From contig OZ365109.1 of the NCBI GenBank assembly GCA_977030845.1, forward strand, positions 57,164,001-57,228,000: a stretch of DNA of 64,000 nucleotides, in the 5' to 3' direction. This DNA is from Fimbriosthenelais zetlandica. Taxonomy: Eukaryota. The notes below the pieces were generated by a model. The model saw only the letters and a program-made list of their open reading frames with translations, made no database searches and was not told the origin of the DNA. Shown here in pieces: positions 37,901 through 46,006 of this stretch (positions within the stretch are counted from its first letter, which is position 1; each line of letters opens with the position of its first letter). The position numbers and the translations under genes were made by a program.

Positions 37901-39781
37901 AATCTCTTTTTTTCCAGGAGTTCACCATGGCAGAGATAGAGAACCAGGTAGATGAGATGTTATTTAAGATGAATGCTCTCACGGGTAGCAGTGGTTTACC
38001 CGAGAAAGCTCCAGACTATATCACATCTGACTCAGACTGTACCTACGGCACAGGAGATGATGGCATCTCAAGTGGTGGATCTGAAGTGAGACCGTTAGAC
38101 GAGGTCCGCTTAGGTGACAGACTCAATAAGATAGAAGATAACCTCATGGGTAACGACGCTTACCTCGCGCAGTTATTCAAGCTCGACTCTATAGGGGCGA
38201 GTGTTCTCTCTGAGGAGACAGAAAACCAGCTGAGGTAGGTCGCGAATTATATATGTGACAGATAATATTTTAATAAAAAATTTCTTCTTGAATTCATGAA
38301 ATCATCCCACTGTCTATGGTGAGAGATATGTAACCATTGCTGGAGAAGAGTAGAAAGACCGTTCTGACAGCGTGTTTCCTCTCGTCTCTAATTCTAATTA
38401 AATTCCCGCTCCACCCATATGCCAGCAGTATTCCTGTAATGCATGATCCCTTATGCGACCACCCATATAATTCAGCCCATTTCACTCGGAACCAAGTGTT
38501 GCCCAAGTGTATTGCTTTATGTATGTTAATGTATTTTCTATTCATGTATTGAGTGCTTGATGTTTCTAGGTCTGCCTTGGAGTTTGAGACTTTCCGCCAG
38601 CTCCAGATGCGGCGAGGTAACAATCCCGAGGTACAGAGTTTACCCAGTGATAACGGCCAGGTTATCGTCCATCGACTCTCCTCTCTCAGCAGCTCCTCCA
38701 GTACGGGAAGTCAGGGGAGCAGCTCCTACGGTACGCCCGTTACCATGCCAACATCAGTGAGAAAAAGCCGGGAGCACCTCCATAAAACGCGTACAGGTGA
38801 GCTCTTATTATTGTAGGCTAGTTAGATTTGTTTCTTTGTTAATCCCCGATCAATGGTCAAAACGACATCAGAAAAAAATTCAACGCAAATTCAGTATTAA
38901 CTTGTTTATGGATTTTTGTGAGAGACGAGGCACAAAAAGTCCACACTCACCAATACTACCAATCTTTTTTCATGTTAAACTAACCACCGATCTAGGGCTT
39001 GGTGTAATATCGAATGAAATTTTGATACTCACTTGTTTATGGATTTTGTTTTCTTTGTGACTTTATATTACTTTCCTTCTAAGTAAATATTTGATTTTTT
39101 CCCCTTTCAGAACAAGACGTTTTGTCATTGCGGAGCATCAAATCAAAAGATAGCACTCACAGTGCTAGAACACCTACACGTGGCTCCCGCCAATCTCTGT
39201 CTATGAGTGATGGAATCATGCTACAGAACCTAACAGAGGGAGGGAGTAGTGGATGTGAGGAGGGTGCTATACCACTACAGGACCTGGTGGCTGCTTGTAT
39301 GGCAGCAAATCCAGGTGAAAATGACTCTCAGAATACTCCGAGCACATCAGTAGAGACGAGACTGTTAGAAGATCCCGTGTCCACCAGTAGTTGCTCAAGT
39401 GGTGGAGCTGAGATCAGGTCCATTGTTAGCCATCCCCGTGCTCTCACAGTCCATTCAATCGCAGAAGCCATGATCAAAGGAGGGGCCAAACCCAAGCCCA
39501 GAAACCTAGCCCTGCTTGACAAACAACTGAGTCATGAGCACATCATTTATGGTGACACCAGCTCGGGTTCAGAGCGAGACGCAGCTCTGCGTTCGTCCAC
39601 ATCCAAAGCTCGTAATTTGCGTAAAACGAAATCGAGAGGTAAAGGAAAGGGGCGAAGCCGGCTGACACTGGTAGATGGGATAGATGAACTGGGGTTAGAT
39701 AATGAAGGTTACACTTCAGAAAGTGATCACGAGAGTCGAGATGGAACGCTAAAATCTAGACATAAACATTGCTGGAATTAA
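4921..39781 (+). CDS. PKD1L1: Polycystin-1 family protein, PKD1L1-like; 5'-partial, 30 exons, 5763 nt / 1920 aa in window
   Basis: All 30 exons have GT-AG boundaries and join in frame (sum 5763 nt, divisible by 3). Motifs: GPS CVFWDE..W...GC...CKCNHLTAFG; PLAT Y.ITLETG..AGTTAKV..LFERNSRDTF; DYHLWFS..SRPSYSRFTRAQRLTCC; channel motif WIDLNTRGIVIEFTLFN. FERNSR, GLGFAK and VDEMLFKMNAL are recalled as PKD1L1-type, so the subfamily call needs a phylogeny. Confidence 0.9.
7434..7658 (+). CDS. PKD1L1: PKD1L1-like exon (LSEESLEYASEIL...HNLTQ), phase 0-0
   Basis: tctttccag acceptor, gtgag donor, 225 nt open. Confidence 0.85.
10438..10716 (+). CDS. PKD1L1: PKD1L1-like GAIN-region exon (TELNFTVPGEEPL...YKQNPFLYGKGRLQQ), phase 0-0
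   Basis: ttttcattaatag acceptor, gttagg donor; VPGEEP and Y..NPF motifs. Confidence 0.88.
11183..11299 (+). CDS. PKD1L1: PKD1L1-like exon (VQSQVASLALF...PHLPEK), phase 0-0
   Basis: ttttgttag acceptor, gtgag donor, 117 nt. Confidence 0.85.
11698..11858 (+). CDS. PKD1L1: PKD1L1-like exon (VNNELPTYVLHKHQMKVHQINV...IALLL), phase 0-2
   Basis: tcttcag acceptor, gtaagc donor, open frame. Confidence 0.85.
12600..13600 (-). mobile_element. Decayed CR1/L2-type LINE fragment (RT C-terminal region)
   Basis: Minus-strand traces LDRVERL and ...PLRR resemble the CR1/L2 post-RT region; heavily degenerate. Confidence 0.35.
16400..17300 (-). mobile_element. Decayed CR1/L2-type LINE reverse transcriptase fragment
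   Basis: SGI(P)QG at about 16950-16935, LYVD about 32 codons later (about 16850) and KDLGV at 16734-16721, in RT order. Confidence 0.55.
18640..18800 (-). mobile_element. Possible AP-endonuclease remnant of the same LINE
   Basis: NETSI..........R...DR resembles the ETW...GY..R.DR endonuclease motif; lies about 1.5-2 kb upstream of the RT traces. Confidence 0.25.
19997..20097 (+). CDS. PKD1L1: PKD1L1-like exon (RPNEVPTPTQYQF...LPPHSLN), phase 2-1
   Basis: ttttgattcgcag acceptor, gtgagt donor; phases bridge the 11858 and 22423 exons exactly. Confidence 0.82.
20974..21078. repeat. Degenerate (CCAT)n microsatellite
   Basis: Repeated ccat/catc units. Confidence 0.8.
21304..21503. mobile_element. 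PIF/Harbinger (Tourist-like) MITE, 200 bp
   Basis: TIRs AGGGCCCTTTACGCAG / CTGTGTGAAGGGCCCT (14/16 match); TTA duplication at 21301-21303 and 21504-21506. Confidence 0.75.
22423..22621 (+). CDS. PKD1L1: PKD1L1-like exon, first part of GPS (ESITYYLGVV...CVFWDEENDAWSSKGC...NC), phase 1-2
   Basis: ctctattacag acceptor, gtaggt donor; C-x-F-W...W...GC pattern. Confidence 0.9.
25913..25999 (+). CDS. PKD1L1: PKD1L1-like exon with GPS cleavage motif (KCNHL/TAFGTQLSLIPNDL), phase 2-2
   Basis: ttccttgcag acceptor, gtaagt donor; CNHLTAFG. Confidence 0.92.
26339..26656 (+). CDS. PKD1L1: PKD1L1-like exon, TM1 and start of PLAT domain, phase 2-2
   Basis: Pyrimidine tract then gacaacag acceptor, gtaagt donor; hydrophobic TM then YVITLETG...FERNSRDTF. 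Confidence 0.93.
27230..27339 (+). CDS. PKD1L1: PKD1L1-like PLAT exon (LPEPLGHIWKVQIWHNNAGPSPDWYLSRV), phase 2-1
   Basis: gctttgcag acceptor, gtaagc donor; LG....IWH...G.SP.W.L motif. Confidence 0.93.
27528..27634 (+). CDS. PKD1L1: PKD1L1-like PLAT exon (SKTFYFSCEKWFAVQEEDGKVERE...GLGFAK), phase 1-0
   Basis: atttcag acceptor, gtacct donor; F.C..W.A...DG.VER motif. Confidence 0.92.
28608..28901 (+). CDS. PKD1L1: PKD1L1-like exon, TM2-TM3 (DYHLWFSMLSRPSYSRFTRAQRLTCC), phase 0-0
   Basis: gctttag acceptor, gtcagt donor; polycystin hallmark motif. Confidence 0.93.
29322..29592 (+). CDS. PKD1L1: PKD1L1-like cytoplasmic-loop exon, phase 0-1
   Basis: gcattacag acceptor, gtact donor; open and phase-consistent. 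Confidence 0.8.
30080..30301 (+). CDS. PKD1L1: PKD1L1-like cytoplasmic-loop exon, phase 1-1
   Basis: ttcttttcag acceptor, gtaaga donor. Confidence 0.8.
30828..30960 (+). CDS. PKD1L1: PKD1L1-like TM4 exon (CFLPYWFRYVAWVL...VLYGF), phase 1-2
   Basis: ctcattag acceptor, gtgagt donor; LP.W..Y.AW motif. Confidence 0.9.
31602..31686 (+). CDS. PKD1L1: PKD1L1-like TM5 exon (FGKAKSIAWLQSLFFSFLQCVFITHPVV), phase 2-0
   Basis: ctttcag acceptor, gtaagt donor. Confidence 0.9.
32259..32414 (+). CDS. PKD1L1: PKD1L1-like exon (VLAISVYTAIK...DLAK), phase 0-0
   Basis: tttttgtag acceptor, gtaaag donor. Confidence 0.85.
33049..33167 (+). CDS. PKD1L1: PKD1L1-like exon (GIAERQRSRYLRCARPPQEKQLIEARKK), phase 0-2
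   Basis: gtttatag acceptor, gttagt donor; PP...L..AR motif preceding the channel domain. Confidence 0.88.
33469..33579 (+). CDS. PKD1L1: PKD1L1-like TM6 exon, phase 2-2
   Basis: tttcttgcag acceptor, gtaagt donor; hydrophobic segment. Confidence 0.85.
33595..33850. repeat. Low-complexity (CATT/TTCA)-rich tract
   Basis: Recurrent tcattcat/ttcattca units. Confidence 0.6.
34504..34630 (+). CDS. PKD1L1: PKD1L1-like TOP-domain exon (FVSIQRIDEWYKW...LY), phase 2-0
   Basis: cctccag acceptor, gtaact donor. Confidence 0.88.
34897..35162 (+). CDS. PKD1L1: PKD1L1-like TOP-domain exon (IIGSVSLRQLRV...GSGY), phase 0-2
   Basis: ctttcag acceptor, gtgaga donor; G...LRQLR motif. Confidence 0.92.
35389..35502 (+). 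CDS. PKD1L1: PKD1L1-like TOP-domain exon (WIDLNTRGIVIEFTLFNAPTNIF), phase 2-2
   Basis: tcttgtag acceptor, gtaagt donor; polycystin cation-channel signature. Confidence 0.93.
35632..35752 (+). CDS. PKD1L1: PKD1L1-like exon (SVSLLMEVPPTGG...LACE), phase 2-0
   Basis: tttttccag acceptor, gtaaat donor. Confidence 0.9.
35863..36105 (+). CDS. PKD1L1: PKD1L1-like channel exon (YFKNPWN...YVAYWDE), phase 0-0
   Basis: ccctaacag acceptor, gtacgt donor; YF...WN motif. Confidence 0.92.
36487..36621 (+). CDS. PKD1L1: PKD1L1-like channel exon (ILRAFLGFIILLTLVKSLRLLR), phase 0-0
   Basis: aattacag acceptor, gtaagt donor; K.LRLLR S4-like segment. Confidence 0.9.
36856..37077 (+). CDS. PKD1L1: PKD1L1-like channel exon, pore region and last TMs, phase 0-0
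   Basis: ctttcag acceptor, gtaagt donor; G..LFG....F motif. Confidence 0.9.
37399..37566 (+). CDS. PKD1L1: PKD1L1-like exon, end of last TM and start of C-tail, phase 0-0
   Basis: gtttttcag acceptor, gtgagt donor. Confidence 0.88.
37918..38234 (+). CDS. PKD1L1: PKD1L1-like C-tail exon (MAEIENQVDEMLFKMNAL), phase 0-2
   Basis: ttttttccag acceptor, gtaggt donor; heptad-like segments. Confidence 0.88.
38570..38796 (+). CDS. PKD1L1: PKD1L1-like Ser-rich C-tail exon, phase 2-1
   Basis: tgtttctag acceptor, gtgagc donor. Confidence 0.82.
39111..39781 (+). CDS. PKD1L1: PKD1L1-like terminal coding exon (...RHKHCWN*)
   Basis: cccctttcag acceptor, phase 1, 671 nt open to TAA at 39779-39781. Confidence 0.85.
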
Positions 39782-40021
39782 CTAGACCTCCATGTATACA
39801 CTAACATTCACAAATTCTCGGTTTAAAACTCGTCAATGTTTTCGCCAAAGACACTTACAAATCCCTAGTAACTTGTACGATATTTGGTTTGGCCTACATG
39901 GTGTCGAAGGTTTTAACATATTTCAGTGTTTGGGAAAACTTCATTTGTATTCACAAACAATTGTGATGACTTTACACAAGAAATTAAAAATGAAGACTAT
40001 CTTTAATTAGTATAATATTAT

Positions 40022-40027
40022 AATAAA
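40022..40027 (+). terminator. Candidate polyadenylation signal of the PKD1L1-like gene
   Basis: AATAAA about 240 nt after the stop, in AT-rich sequence. Confidence 0.4.
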
Positions 40028-41952
40028 AACCCAAAGAATTAAGAAAATATTTCATAAATTGTAAATGAGCTGGAATGAGTATATATATATTGAACTGCAG
40101 GGCGGAAAGGACATTGAGTGCCAAGACTTATGTATGCATTATAATACTATCCTTTATTGTATAGATATTTTTGTACAAGCTTTTATGTATATATCCAGAG
40201 TTAATTCCCAACCAGATTACTGGTCGGGAATTTAAAAAATATTGCCTAAATTTTGCGCTATGCAAGCACAATTTTTGTGTCATGATGATCACTTGAATTA
40301 AAATTTAAATGATTTTAGAATTATTACTTTTGGACGGGGATACTTATATAGATTTATATTGTCTACTTATGAGATTTTATACAAAGCTGGGAGAATGATC
40401 TGAATGCGTACATATGGATACATATCATGTTCGTGTATACACCCATTATATCGTATTCGTGTGCATTAATGTGGAATTTAATTTACTGATGTTTATGTAA
40501 ATGTTTTAGAAAGGTAGATAATTTACATCTTTTTAAAATTTCATTAAGTTTGTTACATGTATTGAAATTAGTCCCACTTTTAATGTTACAATCTCCTCGG
40601 TTGAGTATTTGTTTTTAATTTAGAATCAAATATATCAGTAAAAGTCTTATAATTTTAACAGTTAGTTTGGTGCTAACCCAATGTAGGTGCTTAACATTCA
40701 TTTTATCGCTTACACAGTCAATCAAAATCAATTATAACTTTTGTATAGGTACGTTGCGGGGATGTTATTGTATGGATATATCAAATCCATAGTGATAGAC
40801 TTGATTTTATCAGTGGGATACTCTGCTTGACTTGTTATACTGACAAACTTTAGAAAGAAAGTGTAGACAATTGTTACTATAGAAAGATTACATCATCAGA
40901 ATGATGAACTAAACCTTTATGTAGTCAAATAGGATTTAAAGAAAAGAACTAAAAATGGAGATAATGCGTGCCTTTTTGCGTAGCAGTTACAGGATTTTTG
41001 TATGGCTGTATCAACATCTGAGATGTTGTAAACAGATGGGTCCTTCTGGATAATGGGATTGGACGGAATGTAATAAAACTGACTATATATAAATAAAATT
41101 ACATCGCCAATGTATGTGTCTTGAGTTGTGTTTGTATCACGATCGGGCGCGAGAGAATGAGGGGTGTCTGTGGGGTCGGGGGAGGGGGGAGTGACGCAAA
41201 TTTTCTTATCCGGGAGTTGCAGTGGACCGTACAACTGCAACTGCAGATCTGGATGAAATTGCTAACTATACCTCTGGGATAAAGTTACTTAAACAAATAT
41301 TATTTAATACTAAGAGTACTTTAGTAGAGAAGTGTTCCTTATATGGAATACTATTTATTATTTTTACCATTTTATATTGCAACACTCCTAGTGTGAACCA
41401 ACAAGAATGCTACATCTGAATAAGTAGGCCTACACTAGTTCCATGTACAACCTCATTCTAGATATAGTATGATTGGGACCCGAGTCACAGTTTTAAATAC
41501 TAAACTAAGTCTTGTTCCATGATACGGGGCGAGATAAACATAAACTAATCTTATTAAATGTTAATTAATCTATTTTAAAAACATTATTTATCAAAAATTG
41601 CGTATATTATGTTCACATGTGTGTGTCTTAATTTCTGTTGTAGTTCTACCGACCGCCGCATATAACAGCAGGAGGTGCTCACACAGAGGTTCTATGGTAG
41701 TTCGTCTGTTGGCCGCCTATATAAGATGGCAAGCCTAGTACATTGCATGATCAGAATCAGATATCCCATGCAATAGAAAGTCATGAAAAAAATGTAAGGA
41801 AAATCATTCCAAAGTTCCACATGATTAGGCCTACCTGAAGAGAAATATCTCATCTAATATACACACATGATCCCCTATGCATAACACCACCGTTATTCGG
41901 CAAAAAAGTGTTGGAAAATAGAATTTGCCTTTTTCAAAAACGGAAAACAGAT

Positions 41953-42022
41953 GGAATAGTCTAGGAATAGAACCCCGGTCTCTCGGTTTCCAGGCCAGTG
42001 TCTTACCTCCAGACTACCGGGC
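41953..42022 (-). pseudogene. tRNA(Asp)-derived Pol III cassette in copy A
   Basis: GCCCGGTAGTCTGGAGGTAAGAC...GAGACCGGGGTTCTATTCC: A box, B box, D-stem GTCT/AGAC, T-run downstream. Confidence 0.65.
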
Positions 42023-42050
42023 TTACACACGCACATTGCGGCGATCAGCT

Positions 42051-42092
42051 CACTTCAATGTAAGGCTAAATCACTTCAACGTAAGGCTAAAT
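42051..42092. repeat. 21-bp tandem duplication
   Basis: cacttcaa(t/c)gtaaggctaaat x2. Confidence 0.85.
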
Positions 42093-43000
42093 CACAACGT
42101 TAATAATTATTTTGACCCCCGGACCCCTCCCCTTCCCCAACTACCGACCCACTCCGCATGTCTACCCCTAGTACTTCTACCAACTCACTTCAAAAAGATT
42201 TGAAACGTCTATCCTGTCAAAATCGCTTGGAATAGCCCCCTGTGTAGGTACTGCCCATAGGCTCCAATGTTAAAAAATATTTAGCCCCCCGGACCCCTCC
42301 CCGGCCCCCAACCTCCACCCCAAGCTCCATGTCTACCCCCGGGACTCATCCCAACACCCTCCCAAAAATTCAGCCCGATCCAATGCTTCTAACCTGTCTA
42401 AATGCCTAGGTTTCAGCAAAAGTGCACGCTCCATAGGCGCAATGTTAAAAATCACTCACGATTACAGGAATGTGTGCTACTGAGCCGGTTTGCCAGTCTA
42501 CTCAAATCGTTTTTTCTCTACTTAATACATATTATTTTCACTCAATTCCACGGTTATGTATTACTTATGACCTCTACAGATAAATCCCAAAAGAGCAGAG
42601 ACGAAAAAGAAGGACAACCCCGATTTCTTCAAAATTGACAAATCGGCCGTGCGTATACCGGCCTATAATTTGGCCTTTTAAAAACCTTAACAGCGCCCTC
42701 TCACTAAAAGTGGAAAAGGTTGAATAACTTTGTAAATAATGGGTCTAAAATTACAATTCAAACGGATTATTCTTAGTTGGAAGTAGCTCCAGGTATCTAT
42801 GTGGTTTTTATGGAACTAAGATTAATTTAAATTTTCGATTTTTGAAAATGACTCAATTTGAGGTCTTTAGCATTGGACTCTATGGAAGGAACAGCCCAGC
42901 GCGCTGAAGCGACCCAGGATTTGCAGCGGCAGAAAGGTGAACTATTCTACTATGATCTGTCCAACGCACCGAGAAGGGAGTAAAGAGCTTTGGCTAGATC

Positions 43001-43052
43001 TAGTATTGTAGTTCACCGTTTCGCCGCTGGGAAACGGTGAACTACAATACTA
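43001..43052. repeat. Perfect 22-bp inverted repeat with an 8-nt loop
   Basis: tagtattgtagttcaccgtttc-gccgctgg-gaaacggtgaactacaatacta. Confidence 0.9.
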
Positions 43053-43260
43053 TCTTTTATCTCTTATCCAGGTGTAGACAGTGTGTGAATATAAGAAAAT
43101 ATCCAGCATCCTATGTCGTATGATTTAATTATACCAGGATAATTCGAACGAACAAAAATGGATGCCCAAAATTGGAATCAATAATGCGAAGCCGTGTAGG
43201 CCTACATTAATATGTCTAGCCTATATTTGTAGCGATCCAGGGAGAAGAGAAAAGTGATTT

Positions 43261-43330
43261 ACAAAATGGGGAATCGAACCCCGGCCTCTGGCACACCAGA
43301 CCAACGTCTTACCTCTAGACTATACAGCTC
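43261..43330 (-). pseudogene. tRNA-derived Pol III cassette in copy B
   Basis: TAGTCTAGAGGTAAGAC TTGGT-CTGGTGT-GCCAG...GGGGTTCGATTCCCC with a perfect B box, then TTTT. Acceptor stem does not pair. Confidence 0.7.
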
Positions 43331-43993
43331 ACACACTCTTAGACGAAGCTCTCAGGTCACGTCATTACACCCTGCCCACGGCAGGGCTGTATCACAATAT
43401 TTATAATTATTTTGACCCCGGGACCCCTATCCTTCCCCCAACTTCCACCCCACCCCACATGTCTACCCATAGCACTGCTACCAACTCAGTCCAGCCCGAT
43501 TTGAAACGTCTAACCTGTCAATATCGCTTGGAATAGCCCCCTGTGTAGGTACTGCCCATAGGCTCCAATGTTAAAAAAATATTTAGCCCCCCGGACCCCT
43601 CCCCGGCCCCCAACCTCCACCCCAAGCCCCATGTCTACCCCCGGGACTCATCCCAACACCCTCCCAAAAATTCAGCCCGATCCAATGCTTCTAACCTGTC
43701 TAAATGCCTAGGTTTCAGCAAAAGTGCACGCTCCATAGGCGCAATGTTAAAATTCACTCACGATTACAGGAATGTGTGCTACTGAGCCGGTTTGCCAGTC
43801 CACTCAATTCGCCTTTTTCTCTACCTAATACATATTATTTTCATTCAATTCCACGGTTATGTCTGACTTATGACCTCTACTGATAAATATCGAAAGAGCA
43901 GAGACGTAAAATGACGATAACCCCGATTTCTGCGAAGTTGACAAATCGACCATACATATACAGGCCTATAATTTGGCCTTTTAAAAACCTTAA

Positions 43994-45359
43994 GGAGGAT
44001 GGGTACAGTTTCATGAACTTTTGAATACTGTACCAAATGCATGCCAGCTTGAAAGTACAACTAAAAACAAACACAACAGTGTTTATTTTATTATAATAGC
44101 ATAACAATTAAGGAAGTTACAGTAAATTTGCCTCGAGATGTCATTTCAAGTTTTACACCCATAAATCCGAGCTGCGCGCCACTAAATGCCAACTGCTATA
44201 ATTTGACTAAGAAATTTGAAAATCCAGTGAAATATACAGAAAAATATATTATTAATGTTCCTTACTTATTTTCTCTTCGACTGAATCACCATCATACTTT
44301 TAAATGACAATTTACTTAAAAATCCACTATAAATTGCCAAATTTTGGAAGAAATTAGAAATTAAATTCTCGATTACTTCTCCTAGAGCACAAATTTCTGG
44401 AGGTCTGCCAAACCCAGGAATTATTTTTGAAACGCTCTAAAAAAAAATTCCCAAATTAAAAAATCCTAAAAATTTGCCAAAAGGGAGCAAATTGTGTATT
44501 TATCAAAATTATCTATTGAAAATGCTATGTCACCGTGCTTATTTTTGAGATATTTAACCCCCAAAGGGTCAAGGTCAAAACAAAAATAAGTAATTTCGTC
44601 CAAAAAGAGGGACAATTTTGCCACAAAATGCCGGTTTCCATGGTTACCAGTCCAAACAACTTAATACAAAGGGTGTTTTATGAAAAGTACTCATGCTGCT
44701 AATCATTTCCACTTTTTGAATTTTAGTTCTAGCTATTCATTTGCTTTATATATTGAAAAATCTAAAAACATCATGAGTTTAATTTGAATACCCCCAAAGT
44801 TGCCAAAACACGTATTTGTCCCCAAAATGACGCCCTGAATTAACCATTAGAACTAATTCCATCGCAACAAAAAGTAACTAATAAACTCCCTGGGTGTCCT
44901 AGGATTGTATCACTGTTGAAAGTAACCAAATATCGTCAGTAGTTTCTGAGATATGAATTTTTAAAGTTTTATCATTTTTATCCCACAAAAAAGCCATTTT
45001 TGCTCCAAAAAGCCCGTTTCCATGGTTACTGATGCAAAGTTTTTGATATATAGGATGTTTAATCAAATTGGGTAGTGCAGCTCATGATTTACCACTTTGT
45101 AAAATTTAATTCCACCCATTTGTGCTCTTTCTATCTCCCAAAAACTAAAAAAACGTGTTTTTACCCCAAAAACACCTATTTTCCCCAAAATGACCCCCAT
45201 GGACATTTTCCGGCAGTCTTAACGACATTTTTCAGAAAGGGTACATGTATAGCAATGTTACAAATTAGGTTTATACAACATATTAGGAAGTTGCTTGTGA
45301 ACCTCTGGCTGCGCACTAAGCTGCGCACTGGGCCAAAAATGGAACTGTACCCATCCTCC
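43994..45359. mobile_element. Non-autonomous TTAA-specific DNA transposon (Kolobok-like)
   Basis: Perfect 17-bp TIRs GGAGGATGGGTACAGTT; TTAA at 43990-43993 and 45360-45363; a single TTAA at the paralogous empty sites in copies A and C. 5'-RR termini fit Kolobok better than piggyBac (CCC/CAC). Confidence 0.85.
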
Positions 45360-46006
45360 TTAACAGCGCCCTCTCACTAAAAGTCGAAAAAGTTGAATAA
45401 CTTTGTAAATAATGGGTCTAAAATTACAATTCAAACGGATTATTCTTAGTTGGAAGTAGCTCCAGGTATCTATGTGGTTTTAATGGTACTAAAATTAATT
45501 AAAAATTTCGATTTTTGAAAATGACTCAATTTGAGGTCTTTAGCATTCGACTCTATGGAAAGAACAAGCCAGCGCGCTGAAGCGACCCGAGATATATGCA
45601 GCGGACAAAAGGTGAACTAGCATACTATGATCTATGATCTGGCCAACGATAGGCTTACCACGCTCTCTGCTCCTGGCTATAATAAGAGTGGAGTGGCATG
45701 GAGGCAGGGCAAATAACATTGAGCAACATTAATATTTAGGCATATCTGGGCCACATCGATTGGAGCTAGGGTGTGGGGCTGGGTTTCAAAATTGGGGATG
45801 GATTTAAGGTCTGAATTAATGATAAATTCCTATGCGTTTTAACAGTGTTTATTTGGGCTTTGTTTTTCCTCAATATCCAACCCTCCCCATCCCCCCCCCG
45901 CCCCAACATCAAAAAAGAAGAAAATATTACAAATTTTGCCTTAGAAATCCCCTTCGTCCTGCTTGAATTTTTATTTTTTATCTTTTATCCAGGGATAGAG
46001 CTCCAA

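Larger units (their letters stand above)
41953..42966 (-). mobile_element. Unclassified non-autonomous element, copy A (tRNA-like cassette, about 170-bp internal repeats, GTTGG..AGATC..TAGTTCACC end)
   Basis: Near-identical to 43261-45648 and, inverted, to 46007-47087. Contains the empty TTAA site at 42687-42690. Confidence 0.8.
43261..45648 (-). mobile_element. Same element, copy B, interrupted by a 1366-bp insertion
   Basis: Collinear with copy A on both sides of the TTAA-flanked insert. Confidence 0.8.
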
